A stretch of 64,000 nucleotides of DNA. Source: Paraspadella gotoi. Taxonomy: Eukaryota > Animalia > Chaetognatha. The stretch lies in the NCBI GenBank assembly GCA_051294375.1, contig CM119263.1, forward strand, positions 9,726,432-9,790,431, given 5' to 3'. The notes beneath the pieces were generated by a model that did not search any database, was not told where the DNA came from, and saw only the letters and a list, made by a program, of their open reading frames with translations. Made by a program: the position numbers and the translations under genes. Below, piece by piece: positions 12,306-23,819 of this stretch (within the stretch, counting starts at the first letter, position 1; every line of letters starts with the position of its first letter).

Positions 12306-14884
12306 ATGACACTCGAACAGGTTTGAGATCCTAAGTTCGAGGGACCCAGCCAGTAATGCTGGGACAATGATTACGTTCACTTCGACGACGACGACGACGA
12401 CAAGGACGATCACGACGACAATTACAACAAGAACCAACCAACAGTGCGAATCAAACTGGAATCACTGGTTTAATTAATATGATCGAGTTTTATCAAAAAG
12501 CGGCGATCGTATTTTCTATAAAATTCTTTCTTTTACTTATTTAAGTCATTACTTCCGAACTACGTATTTACTATTTAGTCTAAACCTCTTAAATCCAGCA
12601 TTGTTTATGTTTACATTCCACCGCGCAATTCGAAGCGACAGACGTAGACTAATCATCGCGAGACCCGAGTCCGCCGACGATGACGTGACCGTTGCGAAGG
12701 CGGACGAACGCATCGAGCGTCTTGCAGATTTTCGACGAGAGAATGTGGACTTTTTAAGATCTGAAATTTCTTTTCGCGAAACTAAACTCGATAAATTTGT
12801 GTAAATATGGCGAAGGCGTACGACGACGAAGGGGACGAAGGAGAAGAGTCGCAGGTTTGTCATGTTCATTAGACCGTATACTCTGACAATGTAAAATTGT
12901 GCATTGTCGAATTTTAAATTCCTCCTGTAAATATTCTATGAACTGTCCTCCAAAGCAACGCAACGATTTTTGCCAAGTTGTCTCCTTAAACGGTCATTTT
13001 TTTTCATTCCTCCAACGAATTAGTTTGCAATTTTCCTCTGTTAAAAAACAAAATTAATCGAATATAAGGTCATTTAACAATTTTCAAATCTCAGATCTTA
13101 ATAATAACAATAATTGCTTCGTTATCCCCGTTTTTCCGCCGCCACTCCCTCCCCCCCACCGACAGCGGGCGCTGGCGCAAGTTTGCTTCTTCAAGTACAT
13201 CACTTTGATCTGCCGCCTTTTCGGTCTCCTCACCTTTGTGACTCTGATGTCCGTCGGCATTCACACCATCGTCGAATACGCCTCCACGCCCGCCACGGCT
13301 AAGTGGCGTCCTAGGTTGCGACGATTGATGACTAGTTTAGTTAAATGTTATCTTAAAACATATATTTTAATATTTTAAACTCTTTGACCTCAGGAACTTG
13401 GACATTGGCATCTACATCACCTGTGCGGCAGTCGTCGTCTTAATCTTCGAATCATCGTGGATCGCCTACAGGTAAAATTCTTAAACGAAGACATTATCTA
13501 TATTTGCCAGTTTTAACTGTTTATTCCTCATTTCTTCCTGAATTTCAGGCTGTTGAGATGTTGTCAGACGAAAAACTGTTGCCACTATGTGTTCGTTGTC
13601 ATCCTTTGGTTCGACGTCTACAAAAGAGGCATTCTCTACTTCGTCTTGGCGCTGCCGTGTTTCTTGCAGGTGCAACGATGATTCATATGTTTTTACAATA
13701 CATGTAGGAATGTAAAAATGTAGTATGCATTTAAAATCAACATGTCTTTATTTCATTCGCTCTGTTGTTCTGCACGTTCTCCACTAATCTTTGGTAAATT
13801 CGTACAATATACGTACTTTATGACAGGAAAATTACGATATGTTATATGTAACACAATTCATAAAAACAATTTTATTTCAGGAACTTTATTTTTTAATTGT
13901 AGCAATTTTTTGTGTCTTAAACCGCGCCCAGGGCATCGAACTGCCGCTGGGCCTTCTCTGCGGTCTGGTCCTCTGCATCGCGGCGATGCTGTACATCGCT
14001 AAAACCTACAAGAAATTTGGGGAGGATCACGGCATGAGTCAGCTCACGGGTAAGAGATAAGAGAATAACAGATGAGAACAGAGAGAGACTGAGACAGTTC
14101 AACAGTTTAGAACAGCTGAAAGAATATTTAGTTAGTGAGGCGACTTACCACCGGTCTCTCTCTCTCTCTCTTTAGAGAGAGAGACCGGTGGTAAGTCGCC
14201 TTATTAGCCCAGTTGAAAGCCAGCCGAAAGAAAAACGATTAAAATCACCCTGGTCACAAGAAGTTGTAAAAATTAATACAATATTATAAAAATGTTGTAA
14301 AGGCAAACCCGTGGCTCCGAGCGAAGCAGAGACCAACGAGTACACGAAGTTGCTGGAACAAAAGTCGTTGTCGACGGTGGCGACGCAGACGTCAGAACCG
14401 CAATCAGAAGAAGAAGAAGAAATGGAGGAAGGGAATCCTTTTAAAGGTAAGTTCACACTGTCTCTCTCTCTCTCCCACTGTCTTTCTCTTTTCCTCTCCT
14501 TCTCTGTGTTTGTACAATATATCAACCGATGCTTCTGTTTATTTGCATACTACAGGAAGCATTAATTTTTAGAGCTACGAATTTGAGTTTTAAATCAGAT
14601 TATTTTAAAATAAGCTATCTTGCCCCTGACTTTGGACTGGCTTTGGTGGTTTAAGGCCTCCATCACTCTTACAAGATAATGACATAGCAGGTCCCTGCAA
14701 GCTTTCAATCAAGACTCTCTCACAGTCTTGTTTATTCGCTCCCAGATTAACTGGCTTTCCTATCAATGAAGTGGTATAATGTTTATAATGTTATAATGGT
14801 TCAAAGAATGTTTCAATTGTATGAAAAGACCACTCCCTTAAGTATTATATTACTCATTCCATAATGATCATCTGCCTTCCTCTA

Positions 14885-14978
<94 letters not shown>

Positions 14979-15205
14979 TCTCAGACGACGCCGAGTCCAC
15001 CGCCCCCTCTCAAGAAGCCAGCGTCGCTCGTCCGACGCCGCGTCAATCGGGGCTCACCGAATCTCCCTTCGCCTCCTTCAAGAGTCTAGGGAAAAAGAAG
15101 AAGAAAAATAAAGAGTCGGAAGAGGAAGGGAGGATGCAGGTCACCTTGGAGACGGACTTGGAGGGCGGGAATCCTTTCGGCGACGACGCTGAGACTTTTG
15201 ACTGA
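12306..15205 (+). CDS. TMEM72: TMEM72-like four-transmembrane protein, 281 aa, 7 exons
   Basis: Exons 12306-12320, 13166-13314, 13394-13471, 13549-13669, 13932-14049, 14303-14446, 14985-15205. All introns are GT..AG with consistent phases, total 846 nt. Translation [36 protein letters not shown]...[20 protein letters not shown]...[46 protein letters not shown]... aligns by eye with my recollection of human TMEM72 ([37 protein letters not shown]). The 15-nt first coding exon is the least certain part. Confidence 0.82.
14138..14201. repeat. Perfect 28-bp inverted repeat (hairpin, 8-nt loop) in intron 5 of the TMEM72-like gene
   Basis: AGGCGACTTACCACCGGTCTCTCTCTCT (14138-14165) is the exact reverse complement of 14174-14201. 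Confidence 0.95.
14608..14780 (-). repeat. Dispersed ~173-bp interspersed repeat, copy A
   Basis: Reverse complement of 49887-50059 with scattered substitutions (e.g. GGCTTTGGTGGTTTAAGGCCTCCATCA / TGATGGAGGCCTTAAACCACCAAAGCC). Strand labels are relative only. Confidence 0.85.
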
Positions 15206-18126
15206 ATCGCGATGACAACGACGATGATGACGAATACCTGTTTGAATATCACCATGATTACAATGACAAAACTCAAACGATTTTGATGACGCTGACAAGG
15301 TAGACAACGATCTCGGAAATTTTCGACCCAGTGACGACAAACGGATTCTTGCGAATTCGTGGCAGATGCAATAATGACTTGTACAAAATGATTAAGTCTA
15401 CAACTATAGAAAAAGCCGATTGTTTGGGTTTTAAATACTGAATAGATAATATTATTTGTCTCTCTTTCGCTCTAGCAGAAATCTTTGCGCTGTACTTCAA
15501 CTTTCTTCGAAATATTGTAGATATTTCTACTATTTACAAATACAGTAATTCTAATATTTTACTTTATAATTGTTTTCGTTATAACTTATAAGTAGGATTA
15601 TTGGGAAGACAGATAAGAGATATTTTAATTAAAATTTATATTCCCGTTTTGTATATGAAAATGGTGCAACCAATATAATCATTTCCCATAGGGTTCATTC
15701 CCTTCATAATTATCATCCTGAGATGCTCGATTGTTCGAAAGAGAAGCCCGACTCTCCCAATTCGCTTCGTCGCACACCGCCATCTCTTATCCTCGACTCG
15801 AAACACCACCGCGAAAAGGAAGAAGAAAAAAAAAAAGAAAGTGAGAAAAAAGTATTTTGCGCAGTTTCTTTCCATCGCGGAGCCGACGCGAGTTTCGTGT
15901 CCCAGATTGTGGCTTTGCGGTGCCGCATGCAGCAGCGCCCGACGCAGCAAACTTTTTCCGATTTTTTTTTTCTCCTTTTGCCGCAACCGTCGCTCGTGTT
16001 GCAATAGCGAGAAAGAGAGAGTGAGCAAGTTCTCCTTCGCGCCGAAAGAAAAAAAAAATATTTGGTGAATCAAAGAGAAGAGAAAATTGCGAGAAATTGC
16101 GATTCGTCTATTTCGTTATTCGTCGGCAATGATTTTTTTTTTCTTCGGCTTTCCGATGTCGCGCAAACGTCTGTACCAGCGGAATTTCGGTTCGTTTAAA
16201 TATCAAAATATTTGTTTTCTGCTTTTTAATTTTTTATCGTCTCTATTTTACGATTATTTTTTTTAATTTTGAATTGTTTTTACTTTATACTGCGATACCG
16301 CAATGCTGCGATAGTTAAGGAATTCGATCGGACTGATTAAACTCGACGATTAACTCTCTCGCTCATCAATTGGTCTCACTTCTTGATTCTGTTTTGTTTT
16401 TTTATTATAGCAAAGATTTTATGATGAAATCCGCAAGATCATAAATGTCTCTCGTAATTAATTAACTACATCGTCGGCGATCGTGATTATTCACCGACTT
16501 GAGCGAAACTTTTTATTTCGGCGTTAATCTGTCAGCTTTTTCGTCTTTTTCGCTGTTTGGACGTCTTTTGTTTACACGCACGCACGTGCGCTTCTAAAAC
16601 TAAAACATCATAAAACGTAATAAAACTAAAAACATCATAAAAACTGAAACATAAAAAAGTTTTAAGTCATTTCTATATTCACGACGTTTGCCGAGAAAAC
16701 TGTGCGGCCATACAGAAATGATATGACCAACAAATTAAGAGATGGCAACCGACAGACTGACTGACTGATATATTATAAACTGAGAGAGAATGGATCTGCC
16801 GAGGACGAACTCATTAAAACACGTTACCTGATAACCTCTTTATCGTCGTCGTCTTCAATTCTCTCCGCCTACTCCGACAAAACTGGCGAAGTTTGATTGA
16901 GAAAATAAAGTGCAAAATTGCTCTTCCACCGCAGATAGCAGAATCGGGTGAGAATCAGGTGGCGTCTAGTTTGGAATCGATGAGGCGCCGATGGTTGGGG
17001 AATATCAAAGCCTCATTGACATCCCGGGCAGAGTGGTCGTTCCGTTTTGTTACTGATCGATCTGAGACGGGATATACATCATTCTATACAAGCGAGATAA
17101 TTATTTGCGGCGCGTCCTACTTCTGGCGAATGATGATAGACGATTGAAAACGCTTAGGACGCATTATTACACGCCGAGTACTTTAAGAATTGTTTCTTTT
17201 ATTGGAGAAACTGCGATGAAAATGACCTCTCACGATTGTCGCCGAAAAGAACACCGTTTCCCTCTTCTCCCCAAAAGAGCGTTTTATTATCTCTTTGACG
17301 TTTTTACATCCGGGGTAGGCGAAGAAACCCGGATCCAAACCGAACAACGAAGTGCGCAGTTGGCGCGAATTCTCTTCGTCCCCCCCCCCCAAATTCCTCA
17401 AACCAAAGATAAACGACGTCGTTCGTTTTCATTTGGAGAAATAAAGAATCGCGCGAACCTGCGAGGGTAAGGTCTAGGGAGGGTGAGGATGAACCGAGGA
17501 TTTGGTGAAGAAACGGTTGAGAAACTCGATGGGTAAGAAAGGGAAGCGTGAGAACTCTTAAACGAGGTCTGCCGCGGAGTAACTTGGTGAAAGACGGCGA
17601 GATAAAGACGTGATCCGTGCGATGATTGTGAGCCGCGTAATGAAAGACTCGGGGTGAGTGACTCCCGAACGAAATTTGTAAGGCCTTTTTTTGCGTGGGC
17701 GGAGAAGATTTCGGTTTAGATGTGGAACGAGAAACTTGACTCGTTTTTTTCGCCTTTGTTGTCGTTGTTGTCTCTAGCGTTTCAGTTTATCACGCTCTTG
17801 TCACTTGATAGATCATGCCACACTTTCGAAGCTTTTAAAGGCCCATTTTCGACGATATTTTTGTTCATCTTGTTTAAAAGTCGATGTTTGAATTGAACTC
17901 AAAAGCTTTAGACCTCAAGAGATTTGTCAGCTTTGTCTCGGGCGTGGGCGCGACATTAGCTGTGATTTGCTGTAGTATCTGTGGTCGCACCAATGTGCTG
18001 AATTCGAGATTACGTTTTACCTAGAAATAAATATCCAAACTTAAAATAACAAGCTCCGCTTGATAAATGCGATGTGAAGACAAGATTTTTCGGGTAGCCA
18101 GAAGACACAGAAAGAGATGGGAATAA

Positions 18127-18244
<118 letters not shown>

Positions 18245-20183
18245 GATATCGATTATTACAACGAAATCTCAGCAAAAAAACAATTAATTCAGAGTTGGTA
18301 GGAGTGTTTTTCATGTTTTTCTTGTTTTTCTTGTTTTCTTTCTATAAAACTGATAAACTTGATTAAACTTGATAAAACTGATAAACTTGATCCGTTTTTA
18401 TAAACCATTTTTCCCATTGCAAGTATCCTTCATATCGTGAAGTGTTCAGCGTTCAGTTTTCAGTATTCCAGATAAATCCATGATATTCATACCTCATAGA
18501 TAAAAAAAACGAATGCTCTATAACGTTTTGACGAAACATTATCGCAATATCAAGCATTGGTACATAATCATTGAAAGCTTGAATTGATGTTGAAACTTCA
18601 AGTTATTGTTTCCGCGTTACTCTATTGACTCTATATTTTCTATTCCTGAAGATCCTGTTGCCTTTCCATCGATTATTAACCACGATTTCTTTTTTTTAAT
18701 CTTTTTATTGACGATTGACGTCATCGTAGGCGTGTCGGAATGCGTCATCGTCGCTATCGTCGTCGTCGCTGTCGTCGTCGTCGTCGTAGTCTTCTTATGG
18801 TCTGCGAAGTCTTTAGACTCCTGTAAGACCGATCGCAGGTTCTATTTAGAGAACAAACAAAGAAATATGTCGTATTTAAATAATCGGGAGTCGATTAGAA
18901 ATCCGGACAGGGAGAGAAAATCAGGTAATTTTCATCATCGAATGTTATCCCTTATAATTACCGCTAGGGTGGACTGTTCTGTGACTAACACGTAACAATA
19001 ATTACTGTCTCAAAGATCAGAAAAGATCGTTTTGAAATTAATATAAACTTTAAACATTACTAAATGTAAAAAAACCGGGGCGAATAGAGTCAATCCTCTC
19101 ACTTCTCAGCTTTAATTCTTGGCGAGCGTTGGTTCCTGCCTCGAGAGAAGCTTATTCAAGTTTAAGTTTACATAATCCTCGTAGCCTCGATTGTTATTAA
19201 AAACGCGCGGTTCTCTACCATAGAAAAGACAATAGAGGCAACCTGAACAATAGTTATGACATCGACGACGACGACGGCGACGACGACGGCGACGACAACA
19301 ATCGATACGACGACGAGCGGTGAATTTTCCGCCCACGCGTGTGACAGGCACCATAAGGCGAAAGATGGTGAGACTAGTGAAGTCGACCTTGACGGAGATT
19401 GCATCGAAAGTGGTGAGACCAAAGTGAGGAGGTTCACGTGAAGTGAGGATGAAGACTAAGAAAAGTGGGAATTTAAGACATTTTGCTTCTCACAGCAATC
19501 GGGTTGGGAAAAAAAAAGGGAAAAAAATGAGGCCAGAAAATGTAATTCCTGACAATGGCATTGTTCGAAAATGAACGCTGCCGACTACCTTTCAACGAAG
19601 TCTAGTTTTCGGGCGGTGACCTCGCCAGCGAGGCAAAACAAAAGCCGCGCCGCGTTGGCGTCGCGGCGGCGCCAGAGGGCGCGGCCACACCTTTATTAAA
19701 AACAGACGAAGCGAAAGGTATTCATTCTGCGTCAGGATTTGGCGAGGGGGGGGGGAGAAGTCGCCGGAGAGTTAGTTGGAGGTTCGATTTTGAGGGGCGG
19801 CCGAGGAAGACAGGGAGAGTGGTAGGGTGCGGGGCGGCGGCGAACATGGAGGGCCTATGAAAGGCGCGAAGACAAAAAGACAAGCGGAGTGAAGAATAGA
19901 AACCAAAGAGGATGGAAATGACTTTAGTGGAGGCCATCTTTGATCTTCGTCGCGGGGAAGACCGATGACTATTTAGGGATGAACTCGACGCGTGGAGACA
20001 ACGAAAACCTTCCGACATCTCTTGATAACTGTGGTGGACGAGTCGAGATATAGTCGACGATCGTCATAATGGCGGGATTTTTTTTAAGCGAGAGACCAAT
20101 GACCAATGACCATTGACGAAGTCGTTATTATTCTCAATCCCGGCGACGTTGATAAAAGTCGGAAAAATTCGGAAACCTTCAAG

Positions 20184-20293
20184 GTAGATATTTTTTTTTT
20201 AAATACGGTTCTAGAAAATTAATTAATTAATTAATTAATTAATTAAGTCCTAAATTAATTTTCTAGAACCGCATTTTTTTTTAAAATGTCTAC
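20184..20293. repeat. ~110-bp imperfect palindrome with central (TTAA)n
   Basis: GTAGATATTTT..AAATACGGTTCTAGAAAATTAATT pairs with AATTAATTTTCTAGAACCGCATTT..AAAATGTCTAC. Confidence 0.8.
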
Positions 20294-20632
20294 ATAGGGC
20301 ATCTTTCTTCGATAAGTCGCTCCGTCATTGCGTCGCAATTCGTTCTACGTAGCAGAGGGTGACAATCGCCGTGTCGTGATCCTTGTTTTCGTTTTTCAAC
20401 ACTCGATTATATTTCTTGGTCCTCGTTTTGTTCAGTTCCTTCAAGTTCCTTCGCCTCCGACGATCGACTTATAATGGAACTTAGAGTCACGCTCGCCGAG
20501 ACGCCCGGCGCCACGTGGCGAACTCAGGAGCGGAAATCGATGCGAAAAGTCTATGGCGGCCATGAACGCCACGGGGTTGGGTCACTCAAGGGTCAGTCTG
20601 ACATTGAAGAGAGAGAGAGAGAGAGAAGAGAG

Positions 20633-20700
<68 letters not shown>

Positions 20701-21897
20701 AAAATTTAGTAAACCCTTTTTGCGGAACGACTTTAATTTCCGTTCACTTTTCATTCCAACCGTACAGTGTTTAACGAATGAAATTAAGATGAACATATAA
20801 GAATCAAGTAACGACGGCTTTCCGGGCTGTCCACTGTCCAGTGTCCACCGTCCGGTGTCCAAGGTCGTTGAATTGGCTGTTCGCCCTTCATCATGATTCC
20901 CAGCATTGTCCTGGCCGAATTTCCGGTTTTTGATTTTCTTGCAAATCCAAACGTATGTAGGAGACTTTGACCTTTATCTAAAAATTCGCTCGACACTTCA
21001 CATTGTTGGAGATTTTTTTTTTTTTTTAAATTTTCTTTCTTTTCAGTCTATTATTTATTGTTCGTTTCATTCTTTTATTCTCCCTCTGAGTCTGCTAGTT
21101 GTTCGACCTGGAATGTAAAAAAAAAATATCTAAAAAAAATTTAAAGCGGTTGTACGTACGAACTAAAACTTTTAAAAACAACTAAATTCTCACATTCGTT
21201 CCGGTGATCGTGAATTTAGTGAGCGAGATCCTGTTTTATGTTAAGTTATAGTTAAAAGAGAGAATAGAGATGTTTGATCAATCAATAAACCCTACGTATT
21301 AAAATAGCCACTCGACTCGATGTCAACAAAAAATAAAGAAAACAACGAAATCGATTTTTCTACAAAAAAAGAAAAGGAAAATAAAAAAAGACTGAAAAAA
21401 CTTTTAAAAAAGCAAAAGAAAATATTGAAAACGAGGCAAACCAGTTGAAAGTAAAGAGCGTAAAAAGAAAGAACAAAAAAAAGGAAGAAAACGTCTAGAG
21501 TTCGTTGCCCGATAAAATCCGGGAAGCGAAGAATGTTTACAAGTTTTTTTTAATTCGGAGGCAACGGTCGTTTTTAACTTCCTTGACATTGCCTATTATA
21601 TTACAATTTCCTAACTAATTTATTTGCTTTAAAAAATCTAATTTTATATATTGTTTAAATTTAATCACTGAAGTGACAAAAAAATGCCAATGTCAAAAAA
21701 GTATTGGAAACCCAAATATAATTAAATGTACAATGAGCAATACTAATAGTCGCAGTGATTGTTTTGGGATTGTCGTGTTTACTCTAGCTTCTAACTGTAT
21801 TAGCGACCAGGGACGCAATATAGTCACCGCTGAGCAAAGCAACGGTTGTCACGGGTTGTCGCGGTCGCCACACTCGAATTTTTTTTTCCCGACAGCA

Positions 21898-21911
21898 GTT
21901 GCCATGGAAAC
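21898..21911. promoter_or_regulatory. RFX X-box motif GTTGCCATGGAAAC
   Basis: Full match to the RFX consensus GTTNCCATGGNAAC. Function not shown. Confidence 0.5.
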
Positions 21912-22120
21912 AGCGACTTAACGCCATTTTTTTTTGTTGTTGTCGTCCCCGGGGCATCTATCTCCCGGCGCGACGCAATCCCGACCGGCTTCTCTCGTTC
22001 TCTCTTAACTTTTTTTCTTTTCCTTTTTATTTTTGTTATCGCATTATCGACTTACTAAAAACCGTCGCTGTTTAAGACACTCGTAATATCCTTTTCCTTC
22101 TCTTTTTTCATTTTTTTCCA

Positions 22121-22153
<33 letters not shown>

Positions 22154-23725
22154 CAGAAAAGCAGAGACAAAGAGAGTGACTTAAAACCTTCCAAGGACTC
22201 CATTCATTCACGCTTCCGTTGGGGGGCGTAAGTGACAGGCGTAAAGAGGGGTTGATGGAAGTGTAAATGAGGGGAACAAAGGGAACGTCTTTCCGGCGTG
22301 AGGGGTTCTATAACATCACCTGTTAGAAGCTACCCTTCACGCTCTTGCCAGTAAAGAGGTCGTGTTCTGTGACGTTTGCCAGTCAAGAGGTGGCGTTTGA
22401 GCGGTTGGCCTTTAAAGAGTGCCAATCGCGAGGGTCGGGGGTAATACCGACCACCTAGAGGGATTCCTCCCGGGGTTCTCTGCCGGTTTGCAGTCCCAGT
22501 TCTCTGGTTGTAGCGAAAGTGGCTTCCCGGGGTGAGATGAGCAGACAAAAGGGAAACGGATTAGCAAGTTGGAAAGCAAATTAAAGCAGAAGATGAATGG
22601 AGAAAAAATTCTGCAATGAATTTATCGAATAATCACTATAAATGTTGTGAACAATGTTAAACAGTTTGCGAAATCTCACGTCTAAATTGGTTCTGTGTTT
22701 AAACGATGGACAAGAAATGGAATCGCAATGAATGAAAATTTAATATTAAAAATAAAGGTTAGGTGAATAACCAAGGAGCTTAACCAAGTGTTAAAAGCTA
22801 AAGCTCTCGTAACAACTTTTGAGCACAGAAGAAAAAAAAATTCCTCATCAATTACTAATATTTTTTTATTTTTTTTTATCGGTGGTTCTTACATGATACT
22901 TTAACCCCTGAACTTCCTTTTATGAAATTCTCTTCCCAGTTCCTTGTCTATATCCCTTCATTCTTTTTATGTCTATTTTCATCTTTATCTTTCCTCTTTT
23001 CTTTTATCCCTTCATTCTTTTTATGTCTATCTTAATCTTTATCTTTCCTCTTTTCTTTTACTTTCATTATCATGAATCTCTTCGTTCCTTCGCTGCTTTC
23101 TCCATCTTGATTTCTCTATATTTTATTCTCCTTTTTCTTGCTTCTTTCACTATTTATTTTATTGTTTACATTTTTTCTCTCTTACCTCCTCCTTTCTTTT
23201 ATATTTCCTTTTTTTTTTTTTTTTTTTGCTTTTCTTCTCCTTTGTTTTTTTTTCGTTTTTTTTTCTTTCCTTTCTCTTCTTATCTCCTTAATTTATTAAT
23301 ATTTTTTATATTTTTTCTGATTTTTCTTTCCTTTTTTCTTTTTTTTTTCTTTTTTACTTTTTTCTTTTTTTCCTCTTTTTCTTTTTTTCTTTTTTTGTTT
23401 TTCATTTTTTCTTTTTTTCCTTTTTTTCTTTTTTTATTTTTTTCATTTTTCTTTTTTTTCTTTTGCCGACGACGACTTTCCTAATCGGATCGAGAAAAGA
23501 ATCGATTCTTTGACTCGGTGAATCCAGACGAACCGTGGGTGAGGTGGAGGTGAGTTGGGCCGGGTGGGATCGCAGAGGGGAGGGGGGGAGACGTGTCGGA
23601 CGCCGGCTTCTCGTTGTATTGTCTCTCGGTTTTTCTGCTCTCGTCTATTATGATGCTTTGTCATTTCATTTCTTCTTTCTTATCCCTTTCTCTTTCTTTC
23701 ATTTTTTTTTTTATTCTTTCTCGAT

Positions 23726-23819
<94 letters not shown>

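Noticed and set aside
15206-15375. Asp-rich text in shifted frames after the TMEM72-like stop
   Set aside because: GAC-rich sequence is ubiquitous here and the modelled C-terminus is coherent, so this is treated as 3' UTR.
18600-19445. Exon-like Thr/Asp-rich open frames on both strands
   Set aside because: Driven by (ACG)n repeats; no consistent splice chain or homology.
22270-22565. RNase P/MRP assignment based on GGAACGTC and GAGTGCCAAT
   Set aside because: No convincing CR-V/P4 partner; kept only as an unassigned structured-RNA candidate.
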